DNA from: Acidobacteriota bacterium | Lineage (GTDB): Bacteria; Acidobacteriota; Blastocatellia; RBC074 | Reading direction: 5' to 3' | DNA: 64,000 nucleotides | NCBI GenBank assembly: GCA_016789605.1 | Contig: JAEUQO010000211.1 | Coordinates: forward strand, 1,798-65,797 | Shown: positions 7,976-17,308 of the stretch, in pieces | How positions within the stretch are numbered: position 1 is the stretch's first letter | Layout: every line of letters starts with the position of its first letter | Translations under genes and position numbers: made by a program | The notes under the pieces: model-generated | The model's input: only the letters and a program-made list of their open reading frames with translations | Told to the model about the DNA's origin: nothing | The model's database searches: none

Positions 7976-10927
7976 TCAAAACAAGATGCGCACACCCATT
8001 TGCATGACGCGGCCGCCGGTCGAACCGATGATCTTGCCTGCGTTCAGATTCGGGCTGGAAGCCGGGCCAATGCGTACGTCCGGCATATTCCAATTGGCGT
8101 GATTGGGAAAGTTGAACGCTTCGCTGACCAGTTCCAGCGACGCGTCGGCGCTCAACTCAACCCGTTTGGTCAACGACAAATGATGAAATTGCGCTCCCGG
8201 CGCACGCAACGAAGGATGCGTGCGCGAAACATTGCCCAGACTGAAATCGTCAGGTTGGGCAAACGCGTCTGGATTGAACCATTGTTGCGCGCTGGGGTCT
8301 TCGACGTGCGGATTCACGCCCGGCACTTCGTTGACGCGCAAATGCGTCACCAATCCGCCCGTACGGTTAAACAACGGACGCAAGGTCAGCGGTAGCCCCC
8401 CGCGCCAGGTTGTCAATCCGCTCAGGCTCCAACCACCGAGCACGTTGCCAGTTACGGTGTCGTCGTTGAAAAAGCGTTTGCCTTTGCCAAACGGAAATTC
8501 ATAGGTGTAACTGACCTGCACCGAATGCGTGATGTCGTCATCGGAAATAGACCATTCTTCGGCCAGGTTGTAAGGGTCTTGCGCTGCGCCAGACGAATAA
8601 TTGTCCATCAGCTTGGCCAGCCGGTAACTGACGCGGCCAAACAATCCGCCTTTCATCCGTTGATCCAGTGTCAGGCTGAGCGCGTGGCCTTCTAAATCGC
8701 CGCCCGGATATACCCCGCCCAAATCCAGATTGCGGTATTGCGGATACGGGCGCAGCGAATTGCGAAACGCATCGTCATAAAGCTGATCGCGATACACCAG
8801 GTTTTCGAGCGGCACGGCGTTCAGGCGCACAAACCCATCCACGAATTGATGCGCGCCGGTCCAGCCGGTGTACCGCGCATCCAGCGACAACGAACGCGGC
8901 AATTCGCGTTGCAAGCTGAGCGTCCATTGCTGGTTGATCGGCAACAAACCCGACGGCTCGAAATAATCGGCGTCTATGCCGTTGGCTGCGGTCGCGTCCA
9001 GAAACGGCGGCTGGCGAAAGTTGTTTGGCAATCCATTGCGCAATTGAAACGCTGCTTGCAACTGTTCATTGGGTGAAATAAACACCGGCGTGGCATTGAA
9101 TCCATTGGTGCCGAAATGCCGCCCGGCCAGCGGCAATTCGCTATAGTTCAGACTGTAATTCGCACGTACGATGGTGTTGCGGTTATTCCACGGATTGAAC
9201 GCCATGCCCAAGGTTGGCTCCAACCGCGTTGTCACCGGTTGCAATGCGCGTCCCGCGCCATCCTGCCCAGCAAAAATCAGCGCCCCCGGTTTGCCGTTGG
9301 CAGGATTAAGGCGAGACAACGACACTGTCGCCTGGCGGTCATATTTTTCCACGCGCGGCGTACTGATTTCCGCGCTCAAGCTGAAACTGGCCGTCAGCCC
9401 CGGACGCACACGCCATTCGTCACTGACATTCACGTCAACGAAATTGTTGCGGTAATACGACGGGTGCAACACCAGCCCTTCTTCTGCGCGCGTCACCTGG
9501 CCGAGCAACAACTGGGCAAACGAATTTCCCGTGTTATTGATGCCCGGCAAGCTGGTCAACCCGGCAGAGAAGTAGAACCAGCCTGCCGGATATGACGGGC
9601 TGTATGAATTGACCTGCCGATGTTGGCCTAAAAACGTGAAACGCAACGTATGTGAGTTGTGCGTCACGGTCACGCCAGATGTAACGTTGTAAACAGCGCT
9701 GCGATCACTAAAAACGGCTGTCGCCGGTCCCAACGACAGGTAATTGCTGCTAAAGGTAAAGCGCGGAAAGTAGCCAGAAAAAACTCCGCTCAGCCCCAAC
9801 TGTTGCGGATAATTCTGCGTTTCGTCCGTTGTCAGTGATTCAGTCACGCTGTATGACGACGCCACGCGCAACGTCCAGACAATGCGGGGCGAAACGGTGT
9901 AGGTGTCTTGCACCGACAGGCTGCCATTTTCAAAGTTATAACTGGGATTGCCGGAATTGGCCGGTCCCGGAAAATATTGCGGCGACTTGCGCGCGCCTCG
10001 CGAAAGATTGAAATTGGCGCTGAACTGTTGTTTTTCCGTCAGACGATGGTCCACTTTTGCAATCACACCGTTGGCACGATTTTCAAACGGCGAATTGATC
10101 CAATAGTTGTTTTGCAAAAACGGACCGACTGAGGTGTTAGGTTTGGGATACAACGCCAACAGCGCGCGTGCAACCGGGTCCAGGCGATTAGCCGGAATGA
10201 TGTTGCCCGGAAACGGATCGCGCAAATATTGCAGATTGTCTCGCGACACGGGTTTCGCCGGATTGTAATTCGGATTTGGTCTGGTCGTCGCCGGGTCGAA
10301 AATTTGCACCGGATTTCCGGCAGTATCCACCAGATCGGAAAAATCGCCGCTGCGTTGGCGTTCGGTGGGCAAAGTAAAGAGCGCGCTTTGTGCAATGCGC
10401 TCGCGCGTGCCTTCAAACGAAGTCGTAAAAAATGTGCGCCCGCGTCCGTCATAAAGCCAGGGCAAATGAACCGGCCCGCTCACGCTGAAACCATACTGAT
10501 TGCGCCGCAACAACGATTTGTTTCCGCCGCGTTGCCGAACTTCGTGCGGTACGGCGTCAAACAAATCATTGCGCAAGTTTTCGTACAAGCGCCCGGTGTA
10601 ACGATTTTGTTTGCCGACCGCTTTCAACCGCCGCGCATCTTTACCGGCGGCATCCCCGGTGACGCTGAACTGGCCCATTTGCACGCGAAATTCGTCGAGC
10701 GCTTTTTGAAATTCGCTGGGACGTTTGGCAGACGCAGGCGTCGCGCTGGGATTAGGAGTCGGTGTTGGCGCAGGTTGTGGCGCACGTTGCCCCTGGACTG
10801 CCTGCCCCTGGACTGTCTGCCCCTGGACTGTCTGCAAGCTCAAGCCTGAAAGTCCGAGCAACAGGCACACACCAATGTGCACTGGCACGATAATGCTGCG
10901 AAGGAAAAAGTATTTTCTCGGTTTCAT
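7976..10927 (-). CDS. TonB-dependent-receptor-like outer-membrane beta-barrel protein lacking CarboxypepD_reg and plug regions
   Basis: ORF 7976..10999. I place the start at the internal ATG (10925-10927), giving MKPRKYFFLRSIIVPVHIGVCLLLGLSGLS. The protein aligns by eye to the barrel part of the 2188..5895 protein (RRNQYGFSVSGPVHLPW vs YRYNYQGFNLSGPVWLPK; DPFPGNIIPANRLDP vs QPFPNNVIPTNRINP). It ends MQMGVRILF. Confidence 0.7.
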   Translation of the reverse strand: MKPRKYFFLRSIIVPVHIGVCLLLGLSGLSLQTVQGQTVQGQAVQGQRAPQPAPTPTPNPSATPASAKRPSEFQKALDEFRVQMGQFSVTGDAAGKDARRLKAVGKQNRYTGRLYENLRNDLFDAVPHEVRQRGGNKSLLRRNQYGFSVSGPVHLPWLYDGRGRTFFTTSFEGTRERIAQSALFTLPTERQRSGDFSDLVDTAGNPVQIFDPATTRPNPNYNPAKPVSRDNLQYLRDPFPGNIIPANRLDPVARALLALYPKPNTSVGPFLQNNYWINSPFENRANGVIAKVDHRLTEKQQFSANFNLSRGARKSPQYFPGPANSGNPSYNFENGSLSVQDTYTVSPRIVWTLRVASSYSVTESLTTDETQNYPQQLGLSGVFSGYFPRFTFSSNYLSLGPATAVFSDRSAVYNVTSGVTVTHNSHTLRFTFLGQHRQVNSYSPSYPAGWFYFSAGLTSLPGINNTGNSFAQLLLGQVTRAEEGLVLHPSYYRNNFVDVNVSDEWRVRPGLTASFSLSAEISTPRVEKYDRQATVSLSRLNPANGKPGALIFAGQDGAGRALQPVTTRLEPTLGMAFNPWNNRNTIVRANYSLNYSELPLAGRHFGTNGFNATPVFISPNEQLQAAFQLRNGLPNNFRQPPFLDATAANGIDADYFEPSGLLPINQQWTLSLQRELPRSLSLDARYTGWTGAHQFVDGFVRLNAVPLENLVYRDQLYDDAFRNSLRPYPQYRNLDLGGVYPGGDLEGHALSLTLDQRMKGGLFGRVSYRLAKLMDNYSSGAAQDPYNLAEEWSISDDDITHSVQVSYTYEFPFGKGKRFFNDDTVTGNVLGGWSLSGLTTWRGGLPLTLRPLFNRTGGLVTHLRVNEVPGVNPHVEDPSAQQWFNPDAFAQPDDFSLGNVSRTHPSLRAPGAQFHHLSLTKRVELSADASLELVSEAFNFPNHANWNMPDVRIGPASSPNLNAGKIIGSTGGRVMQMGVRILF
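10789..10833. repeat. 15-bp x3 tandem repeat inside the barrel gene
   Basis: gcccctggactgcct / gcccctggactgtct / gcccctggactgtct. On the coding strand this encodes QTVQG-QTVQG-QAVQG immediately after the signal peptide. Confidence 0.9.
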
Positions 10928-11259
10928 CGGCAAAGCAAATTGTTTGAGGCGCCAGGTTCTGGCGCGGTTCATGATGACCAGCGAGCCTGGTGATCCCATC
11001 CGTTACCCCAGACGTAAGTTTGTACGACCTGGATGCGAAATTTTGCCCCATGGTCTGACCACAGACAATCGCTAGAGTTTGCCTTTGTCAGCGTGGCGAA
11101 AGAAAATGGCGTTCTCTAGTATCCGCCACCGGTTCACAGATAAACCTGAAATCGCCCTGACCGGCGATGCCGCGTCAACCATCGGGCAGCCGTTGCCCAT
11201 GAACCTTTGTCCGAACACTCGTAAGGGTAGGCAGCAATCATTGGTTCCCCAGAAACCTT

Positions 11260-12702
11260 ATGCTCAAAGAAAAAGTTTTGATCGTGGATGATGAACCGAC
11301 CATCCGTTACACGCTCAGCGAAGCGTTGCGCGGTTGGGGCTACGAAACAGCTGAGGCAGGCACAATCGCCGAAGGCCTGGAGCTGTTTGAAGCAGAACAT
11401 CCGCTGGTCGTGGTGCAAGATGTCAACTTGCCTGATGGTTCCGGCATTGATGCGCTGCACGAATACAAAACCCGGCAACCGCAAGCCGTCGTGGTGATGA
11501 TCACCGGCAATGTCCAACTCGACGACACAATTGCCGCGTTGCGCGGTGGCGCGCACGATTTCATTACCAAACCAATTCGCCTGGGTGAATTACAGGTCAC
11601 CATCCGCAACGGCATTGAAACCAGCAAACTACGCCGCGAGATCGTGCGGTTGCGACGCGAACAAAAAAACCAGGCGGGCTTTGATCAAATCATCGGCCAT
11701 TCGCCAGCCATGACCGAAATGATTTTGCTGGCACGCAAAGTCGCCGCCAGCGAAGCCTCGTCAGTGCTGTTGCAAGGCGAAAGCGGCACCGGCAAGGACG
11801 TCGTCGCCAAAGCCATCCATTACGGTTCACCGCGCGCCGAACAGCCGTTTGTCGCCGTCAACTGCGCGGCCATTCCCGGCACACTGATCGAAAGCGAATT
11901 GTTCGGTTATGAAAAAGGCGCGTTCACCGACGCCAAAGCGCGCAAGGAAGGATTGTTTGAACAAGCACAGGGCGGCACCGTCTTTTTGGACGAAATCGGC
12001 GAACTGGAATTGAGCCTGCAAGCCAAACTGTTACGCGTGCTGGAAGAAGGCACTTTTCGGCGCGTCGGCGGTCTGAAAGATTTGCCGCTGGATGTGCGCG
12101 TCATTGCCGCATCGAACCGCGACCTCAAAGCCGAAAGCGAAGCAGGCCGCTTCCGGCTGGATTTGTATTACCGCTTGTCTGTCATTCAGATTGATCTGCC
12201 GCCACTGCAAGACCGCGGCGACGACGTACTGTTGCTGGCGGGCTATTACCTGGCGCGTTTCAACGAACGGTTGCGCAAACGCGTGCGCGGTCTTTCGCCC
12301 GAAGTCGAAGCGCTCTTTCGCCGTTATCGTTGGCCCGGTAACGTACGCGAATTGCGCAACGTCATTGAGCGCGTGATGATTCTGGAAGACAGCGAATGGA
12401 TCACGCCGACCTGGTTGCCACGCGATCTGATCTTTCAAGACGCACACCTGGTGAAAGAAGAGCCAGCGCCAAGCGCCCCGCTGCCAGTTGCTGAACCGCC
12501 TGCCAGTGTGCCTGAAGCGCAAACACAGTTCACGTTGCCGACCTCGGGCATCAACCTGGAAGAAGTCGAATTGTCGCTGGTACGGCAAGCAATCGAACGC
12601 AGCGGCGGCAATCAAACACGCGCCGCAGAATTGCTTGGCATTTCGCGCGACCAATTGCGCTACCGGCTGAAAAAACTCGAAGAATCTCACACCATCGAAT
12701 AA
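11260..12702 (+). CDS. sigma-54-dependent response regulator (NtrC family: REC + AAA+ + Fis-type HTH)
   Basis: REC domain (VLIVDDEP..., [12 protein letters not shown]). Walker [15 protein letters not shown]-loop variant GAFTDA. C-terminal [28 protein letters not shown]. Confidence 0.9.
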   Translation: MLKEKVLIVDDEPTIRYTLSEALRGWGYETAEAGTIAEGLELFEAEHPLVVVQDVNLPDGSGIDALHEYKTRQPQAVVVMITGNVQLDDTIAALRGGAHDFITKPIRLGELQVTIRNGIETSKLRREIVRLRREQKNQAGFDQIIGHSPAMTEMILLARKVAASEASSVLLQGESGTGKDVVAKAIHYGSPRAEQPFVAVNCAAIPGTLIESELFGYEKGAFTDAKARKEGLFEQAQGGTVFLDEIGELELSLQAKLLRVLEEGTFRRVGGLKDLPLDVRVIAASNRDLKAESEAGRFRLDLYYRLSVIQIDLPPLQDRGDDVLLLAGYYLARFNERLRKRVRGLSPEVEALFRRYRWPGNVRELRNVIERVMILEDSEWITPTWLPRDLIFQDAHLVKEEPAPSAPLPVAEPPASVPEAQTQFTLPTSGINLEEVELSLVRQAIERSGGNQTRAAELLGISRDQLRYRLKKLEESHTIE

Positions 12703-12710
12703 TCCGCCTC

Positions 12711-12757
12711 TTCACGGACAACTTCGGACAATTTCGGAAATCTGTGGCTGCGCAGCC
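12711..12757. promoter_or_regulatory. candidate upstream activator sites for the sigma-54 promoter
   Basis: Three phased copies of a TTCGGA(C/A)A-like unit (ttcacggaca/acttcggaca/atttcggaaa, 12711-12740). These are followed by a perfect 12-bp palindrome GGCTGCGCAGCC (12746-12757), about 120 bp upstream of the -24 element. Confidence 0.4.
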
Positions 12758-12869
12758 AATTGTGGACTGTTGCGATGTCCCGCGCTCGCCTGTGGATTTT
12801 TCCCACCTCGCATTGGGTGATTTTCCCTGCCTGTGACAGCGACCCCACGCAAAATCACGACTTAGCGAC

Positions 12870-12885
12870 TGGCACATACATTGCT
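12870..12885 (+). promoter_or_regulatory. sigma-54 (RpoN) -24/-12 promoter
   Basis: TGGCACatacaTTGCT is an exact match to TGGCAC-N5-TTGCW. It lies 168 bp after the activator stop codon and about 50 bp before the USP gene start. Confidence 0.7.
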
Positions 12886-12934
12886 CTTTCATTGGGCGAA
12901 GGGGGGCGTTACCGAACTGGTAACGTACGATGTG

Positions 12935-13876
12935 ATGAAAGACAAAATGAAAATTCTGGTAGCAATAGACGGATCGGAATTTGGTCTGGCAGCCGTGGAA
13001 GAGGTTGCGCGTCAACCCTGGCCCAAAGGCACGATGGTTCGCATTCTGTCGGCGGTCGAAATTCCGATGCCAATGACCATTTATGCCATGCCGGTTCCGG
13101 GTGGCGATTTCGCGGCCTGGGAAAAAGCGTTCGAAGACCAGGCCATCGCCAACACAACGCAAGCGTTGGCGCGGTTTAGTGAATTGGCTGGCCCCGACAT
13201 CGAAGTCACCACCAAGGTCAGCAAAGGCGATCCCAAAGAAGTGTTGCCGGATGAAGCGGCCAATTGGGGCGCGGACTTATTGGTCGTCGGCACGCACGGT
13301 TATAACGTGTTTGAGCGCTTCTGGCTCGGTTCGGTCTCGCGCACAGCGGCAGCACACGCGCCCTGTTCGGTGCGGATTGCACGCAAACGCCCGGCGCCGA
13401 CAACGCCTGCGCTGAAGATTTTGCTGGCTGTGGACGGTTCGGAATGTGGCGACAAAGCGGTTGAAGAAGTGGCAGCCCGCCCCTGGCCTGCAGGCAGCGA
13501 AGTACGGTTGCTATCGGCCATTCATTTGCCGATGACGCCGACGCCTGAAACCTGGGCGTTGCCGGATAGCTATTATGCCAATCTGGAACGCGTTGGGCGC
13601 GAACACGCTGACGAAGCATTGAACCGCGCATTGGCGCGCCTGAACGAAAGCAATGCCGAACGTGAAATTCCGTTGACCATCACGCAAACAGCCGTTGTCG
13701 GTCACGCAGAGGAACTGCTGATCAGCACGGCCAAGGAATGGGGTGCGAATCTGATTGTGCTCGGTTCGCACGGATACAAAGGTTTTCGCCGCTTCTTGCT
13801 GGGTTCGGTCTCGCAAGCTGTCGCAGCGCACGCGCCGTGTTCGGTGGAAATCGTGCGGCCGCCACAAATTGCGTAA
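12935..13876 (+). CDS. tandem universal stress protein (two UspA domains)
   Basis: ORF 12881..13876, whose listed TTG start overlaps the sigma-54 promoter. I therefore start at ATG 12935 ([15 protein letters not shown]); ATG 12947 is an alternative. There are two Usp units, each ending in a G-x-H-G...GSV motif ([21 protein letters not shown]; [21 protein letters not shown]). Confidence 0.85.
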   Translation: MKDKMKILVAIDGSEFGLAAVEEVARQPWPKGTMVRILSAVEIPMPMTIYAMPVPGGDFAAWEKAFEDQAIANTTQALARFSELAGPDIEVTTKVSKGDPKEVLPDEAANWGADLLVVGTHGYNVFERFWLGSVSRTAAAHAPCSVRIARKRPAPTTPALKILLAVDGSECGDKAVEEVAARPWPAGSEVRLLSAIHLPMTPTPETWALPDSYYANLERVGREHADEALNRALARLNESNAEREIPLTITQTAVVGHAEELLISTAKEWGANLIVLGSHGYKGFRRFLLGSVSQAVAAHAPCSVEIVRPPQIA

Positions 13877-13896
13877 GCACCAACAAAGGAGGAGCT

Positions 13897-14319
13897 ATGG
13901 TTATCGGTCAACTGCCTGCTGCCGAAGCAAAAGACTTGTTGTGTGCGGGAAATCTGGGGCGGCTGGGTTGTGTCGCGGATGGTGATCCGTATGTCGTGCC
14001 GGTGAATTACTTTTGCGACGGCGAAAGCGTGTATATGCATTCGCTGCCGGGCAAGAAGATCAACGCCTTGCGCACTCACGGTCGCGGCTGCTTACAGGTA
14101 GATGAAATCAGGGATTCCTATCACTGGCGCAGTGTGCTGGCGACGGGACCATATGAAGAAGTGCACGACGAGCAGTTGCGTGAGCGCGTGCTAGCGGAAG
14201 TTTTCAAACACGTGCCGCATCTGACACCGGTCGAATCCAAAATGACCAGAGGCACGACCGAAACCATCGTGTTTCGGTTGCGCATCGAACAACTAACAGG
14301 AGTGGGGGAAAACTGGTGA
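13897..14319 (+). CDS. pyridoxamine 5'-phosphate oxidase-fold (flavin-binding, NimA-like) family protein
   Basis: ORF 13738..14319, trimmed to ATG 13897, which is preceded by AAGGAGG (13887-13893). Sequence MVIGQLPAAEAKDLLCAGNLGRLGCVADGDPYVVPVNYFCDGESVYMHS... is typical of the PNPOx-like split-barrel family. Confidence 0.8.
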   Translation: MVIGQLPAAEAKDLLCAGNLGRLGCVADGDPYVVPVNYFCDGESVYMHSLPGKKINALRTHGRGCLQVDEIRDSYHWRSVLATGPYEEVHDEQLRERVLAEVFKHVPHLTPVESKMTRGTTETIVFRLRIEQLTGVGENW

Positions 14320-14352
14320 AAAAATCTGATTTGCATCGCCGTCGCCAATAAT

Positions 14353-14378
14353 AAACAGTCAGGCGGAGACTGTTTTTC
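14353..14378 (+). terminator. rho-independent terminator after the USP/PNPOx pair
   Basis: aaacagtc-aggcgga-gactgttt: an 8-bp perfect stem with a 7-nt loop, followed by a T run. Confidence 0.6.
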
Positions 14379-14478
14379 CAGGGTTGGTTACGGTGTTGTC
14401 GCCTGGCTTGCGCGCGCTGCGCAGGCCAGGCTTTTTCTTGTTATACTCAGGCAGGCAAGCAAATTCTCGTACTGAATC

Positions 14479-16071
14479 ATGGCTATGAAAAATCCACCCG
14501 CTCCTGAAGAACCTCGCACCCCGACCGAATCGCAAATTGCCACCTCTTTGCAACAAAGCGAAGCACAACTGGCTGGCATCCTGGCGTCTGCCATGGACGC
14601 CATCATTACCATAGATGAAACCCAGCAAATCGTGCTGTTCAATGCCGCTGCGGAAAAGATGTTTCAGTGCCGCGCCGCCGACGCATTAGGACGACAGCTC
14701 GATCAGTTCATTCCGGCCCGCTACCGACAGGCGCATCGCCATCACGTCGCCTCGTTTGGTGAAACGCATGTGTCGCAACGCACGATGGGCAAACTGCGCC
14801 CGCTTTCCGGTTTGCGCGCTGACGGCGACGAATTTCCCATCGAAGCGTCGATCTCACAATTCGAGACCGACGGACAAAAACTCTTCACCGTCATCATCAG
14901 GGACATCAGCGAAAAGAAACGCCTGGAAGCACAGTTTCTGCGCGCACAACGCATGGAAAGCATCGGCACCTTGGCGGGCGGCATTGCGCACGACTTGAAC
15001 AACGTGCTGTCGCCGATTCTGACAGCGGTCGAATTGCTGCAAATGCGCTTCACCGATGAAAGCAGCCAGCGGCTGCTCAACATCCTGCACACCAATGCCG
15101 TGCGCGGCAGTGAAATGATCAAGCAGGTGTTGTCGTTTGCGCGCGGCGTCGAAGGCGCGTATACGCCGTTGCAACCTGCGCCACTGATCAAGGAAATCGT
15201 CAAGATTCTGGCTGACACGCTGCCCAAAAACATTGAAATCACGTTTTCCATCGTGCCCGGATTGTGGGATGTCACCGGCGACGCAACGCAATTGCACCAG
15301 GTGTTGATGAATCTGTGCGTCAACGCGCGCGATGCCATGCAACACGGCGGCAAGTTGCGCATCGAAGCCGAAAACATAGACATTGACGAGCATTACGCGC
15401 ACATGAACGCCGAGGCGAAACCGGGCCGCTATGTTTGCCTGACTGTCATTGATAACGGCGTGGGCATTTCGGAACAGAACCAAAGCAAGATTTTTGACCC
15501 GTTCTTTACCACCAAAGAACCTGGCCAGGGCACTGGGTTGGGACTTTCGACAGTGGCGGGCATCATGCGCAGCCACGGCGGATTCGTCACCGTTTACAGC
15601 GAACCGAATCGTGGTTCGCAATTCAAAGTCTATCTGCCCGCCAACACCACACCGCAAACCCAACAGCCGCAAACACCGCGTGCCGATTTGCCGCTGGGCA
15701 ATGGCGAACTGATTCTGGTGGTGGATGATGAAAACGCGATTCGGGAAATCGCCAAAGAAACCCTGCAATCGTTTGGCTATCGCGTGTTGACGGCCAATGA
15801 CGGCACAGAAGCGCTGGCGCTGTTTGCCCAGCACAGGAAAGAAATTCGCTGTGTCATCAGCGATATGCTGATGCCTTATATGGACGGCCCCGCCACGATT
15901 CGTGCGCTGCGCAAATTAGACCCCGCCATCAAAATCATCGCGACCAGCGGTTTGAAATCTGACACCAAAACCGCCGAAGCCGCGCAATTGGGCGTGACGA
16001 CTTTTCTGGCCAAACCTTACACCGCAGAAAAGCTGTTAAAAACGCTGGCAGCGATCTTGCGAGAACCATAA
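14479..16071 (+). CDS. hybrid sensor histidine kinase/response regulator (PAS + HisKA + HATPase_c + REC)
   Basis: PAS segment ([26 protein letters not shown]). H-box [15 protein letters not shown] box [11 protein letters not shown] boxes DNGVGI and [10 protein letters not shown]-terminal REC ([14 protein letters not shown]...[11 protein letters not shown]). Confidence 0.9.
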   Translation: MAMKNPPAPEEPRTPTESQIATSLQQSEAQLAGILASAMDAIITIDETQQIVLFNAAAEKMFQCRAADALGRQLDQFIPARYRQAHRHHVASFGETHVSQRTMGKLRPLSGLRADGDEFPIEASISQFETDGQKLFTVIIRDISEKKRLEAQFLRAQRMESIGTLAGGIAHDLNNVLSPILTAVELLQMRFTDESSQRLLNILHTNAVRGSEMIKQVLSFARGVEGAYTPLQPAPLIKEIVKILADTLPKNIEITFSIVPGLWDVTGDATQLHQVLMNLCVNARDAMQHGGKLRIEAENIDIDEHYAHMNAEAKPGRYVCLTVIDNGVGISEQNQSKIFDPFFTTKEPGQGTGLGLSTVAGIMRSHGGFVTVYSEPNRGSQFKVYLPANTTPQTQQPQTPRADLPLGNGELILVVDDENAIREIAKETLQSFGYRVLTANDGTEALALFAQHRKEIRCVISDMLMPYMDGPATIRALRKLDPAIKIIATSGLKSDTKTAEAAQLGVTTFLAKPYTAEKLLKTLAAILREP

Positions 16072-16254
16072 GCCGACTCCAAACAGGCTCTTACTGTTCA
16101 ATCACTTATCGGGCGGAGAAACCGAAACTCTGCCCCTTCCAGCCTGGCAAGCGTCCCCCTCGCCCCTCAAACTTTTACGTAAGTCGTGATTTCAAAATTG
16201 GCTGTGGAGCCTTACCAGGCTCCGTGCAAAAAACCGCAAAAACCAGATAAATCA

Positions 16255-16284
16255 TTGACGGATCCACAATGTCAGCAATATATT
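16255..16284 (+). promoter_or_regulatory. sigma-70-like promoter candidate (TTGACG-N18-TATATT)
   Basis: TTGACG at 16255-16260 and TATATT at 16279-16284, in an ORF-poor intergenic region. Spacing is 18 nt, at the upper limit. It would give a leader of about 255 nt before ATG 16548. Confidence 0.3.
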
Positions 16285-16547
16285 CCGCGCACCGCTTCGT
16301 TCCAAAACCTCTTAGCGGTCAACCAAAAACTAACAAGTAGAAGACTTACGCCAAATAGGTTGTGTCAGCAACCCAGCCGTCAGGGTAGAGAGATTAAGAC
16401 AAGGTATTTCCTTAACACGTGATTCGCTTCTGGTACTGTTGGTTTCGCAGAGAACGAGAGAGGGGATTTGTCAGGCGGTCAAATTTGCTTCCGGGCGCGG
16501 TTACCGGGATTCACAAACAACAAGCAGTTTGCCAATTAGGAGCTGTC

Positions 16548-17294
16548 ATGACGAACACATTGAGACTTCGTTTTTTGTGCGTAGCGATGTTACTCGGCCC
16601 TCTTACTGCTTCGCATTTTGTTAGTGCAAACCCAAACCAGCCAACCAAACGCTCAGTTGCGGTACGACGATTTCATCCCAGCGACACGCAGGCACCCGTT
16701 GTGCTCCACGATCTTACCGTGGGCGGACAGCCGCGAAAATTTGCCCTGATCGGCGGAACAGCAGAAACCGTTTCCATGGCAGTTGATCCAAACGCCGAAT
16801 TCGATGCGGACGATAATTCGTTTATCGAACAGATTCGCTTCAAAGTAACGAATCGGTCCGGCAAAACCGTGCGGTTCATCCGCTTTATTGCTCATTTCTT
16901 TACCCAAGATGGTGGCTTTCGTACTGGCAACTTTGACGCCGCTCTTTGGATAGATTACGGGCATACTCCGATGCCGAAAGAGACGCCATCCGAAATTCCG
17001 CTGCCACCGCATCATACGGCGACAATCGCCCTGGATTCCGTGCTGGATGTCTCGCTGCGCAGGTTGCGCGAAGACCTGACAAAGTTGAACGCCGACGTTG
17101 TTCGGGTCGGCATCGTGATTAACACGGTGACGTTTGAGGACGGTTCAAAGTGGTTTTATGATGCACAAACTAGTCCAGCCACAAAGATTTCAATGGTAGC
17201 CCCGAAGTCTGTAGTGGATGAATGCGCTCGCCAACCGCAAAACGGCGCACCCCGCGCAGCCTGTGCGTTGCGATACGGCCTGCAACGATGCTGA
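16548..17294 (+). CDS. hypothetical secreted protein
   Basis: ORF 16419..17294, trimmed to ATG 16548 with AGGAG at 16538-16542. Signal-like N-terminus MTNTLRLRFLCVAMLLGPLTASHFVSA. No family recognised. Confidence 0.5.
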   Translation: MTNTLRLRFLCVAMLLGPLTASHFVSANPNQPTKRSVAVRRFHPSDTQAPVVLHDLTVGGQPRKFALIGGTAETVSMAVDPNAEFDADDNSFIEQIRFKVTNRSGKTVRFIRFIAHFFTQDGGFRTGNFDAALWIDYGHTPMPKETPSEIPLPPHHTATIALDSVLDVSLRRLREDLTKLNADVVRVGIVINTVTFEDGSKWFYDAQTSPATKISMVAPKSVVDECARQPQNGAPRAACALRYGLQRC

Positions 17295-17308
17295 CCTGAA
17301 AGGATCGG

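Noticed and set aside
10789-10833. Short tandem repeat considered as a possible CRISPR or mini-array.
   Set aside because: There are only three contiguous 15-bp units with no spacers, inside a coding region and in frame. No cas genes are present and no other repeat-spacer structure occurs anywhere in the window.
13738-13896. N-terminal extension of the PNPOx-like ORF overlapping the 3' end of the USP gene.
   Set aside because: The extension overlaps the USP gene in another frame. The AAGGAGG-ATG at 13897 gives a protein that starts where family members start.
16186-16422. 78-aa ORF in the 476-bp spacer.
   Set aside because: No RBS, proline/glutamine/lysine-rich odd composition and no motif. 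I treat the region as non-coding, and it is flagged as a possible leader or sRNA in the findings.
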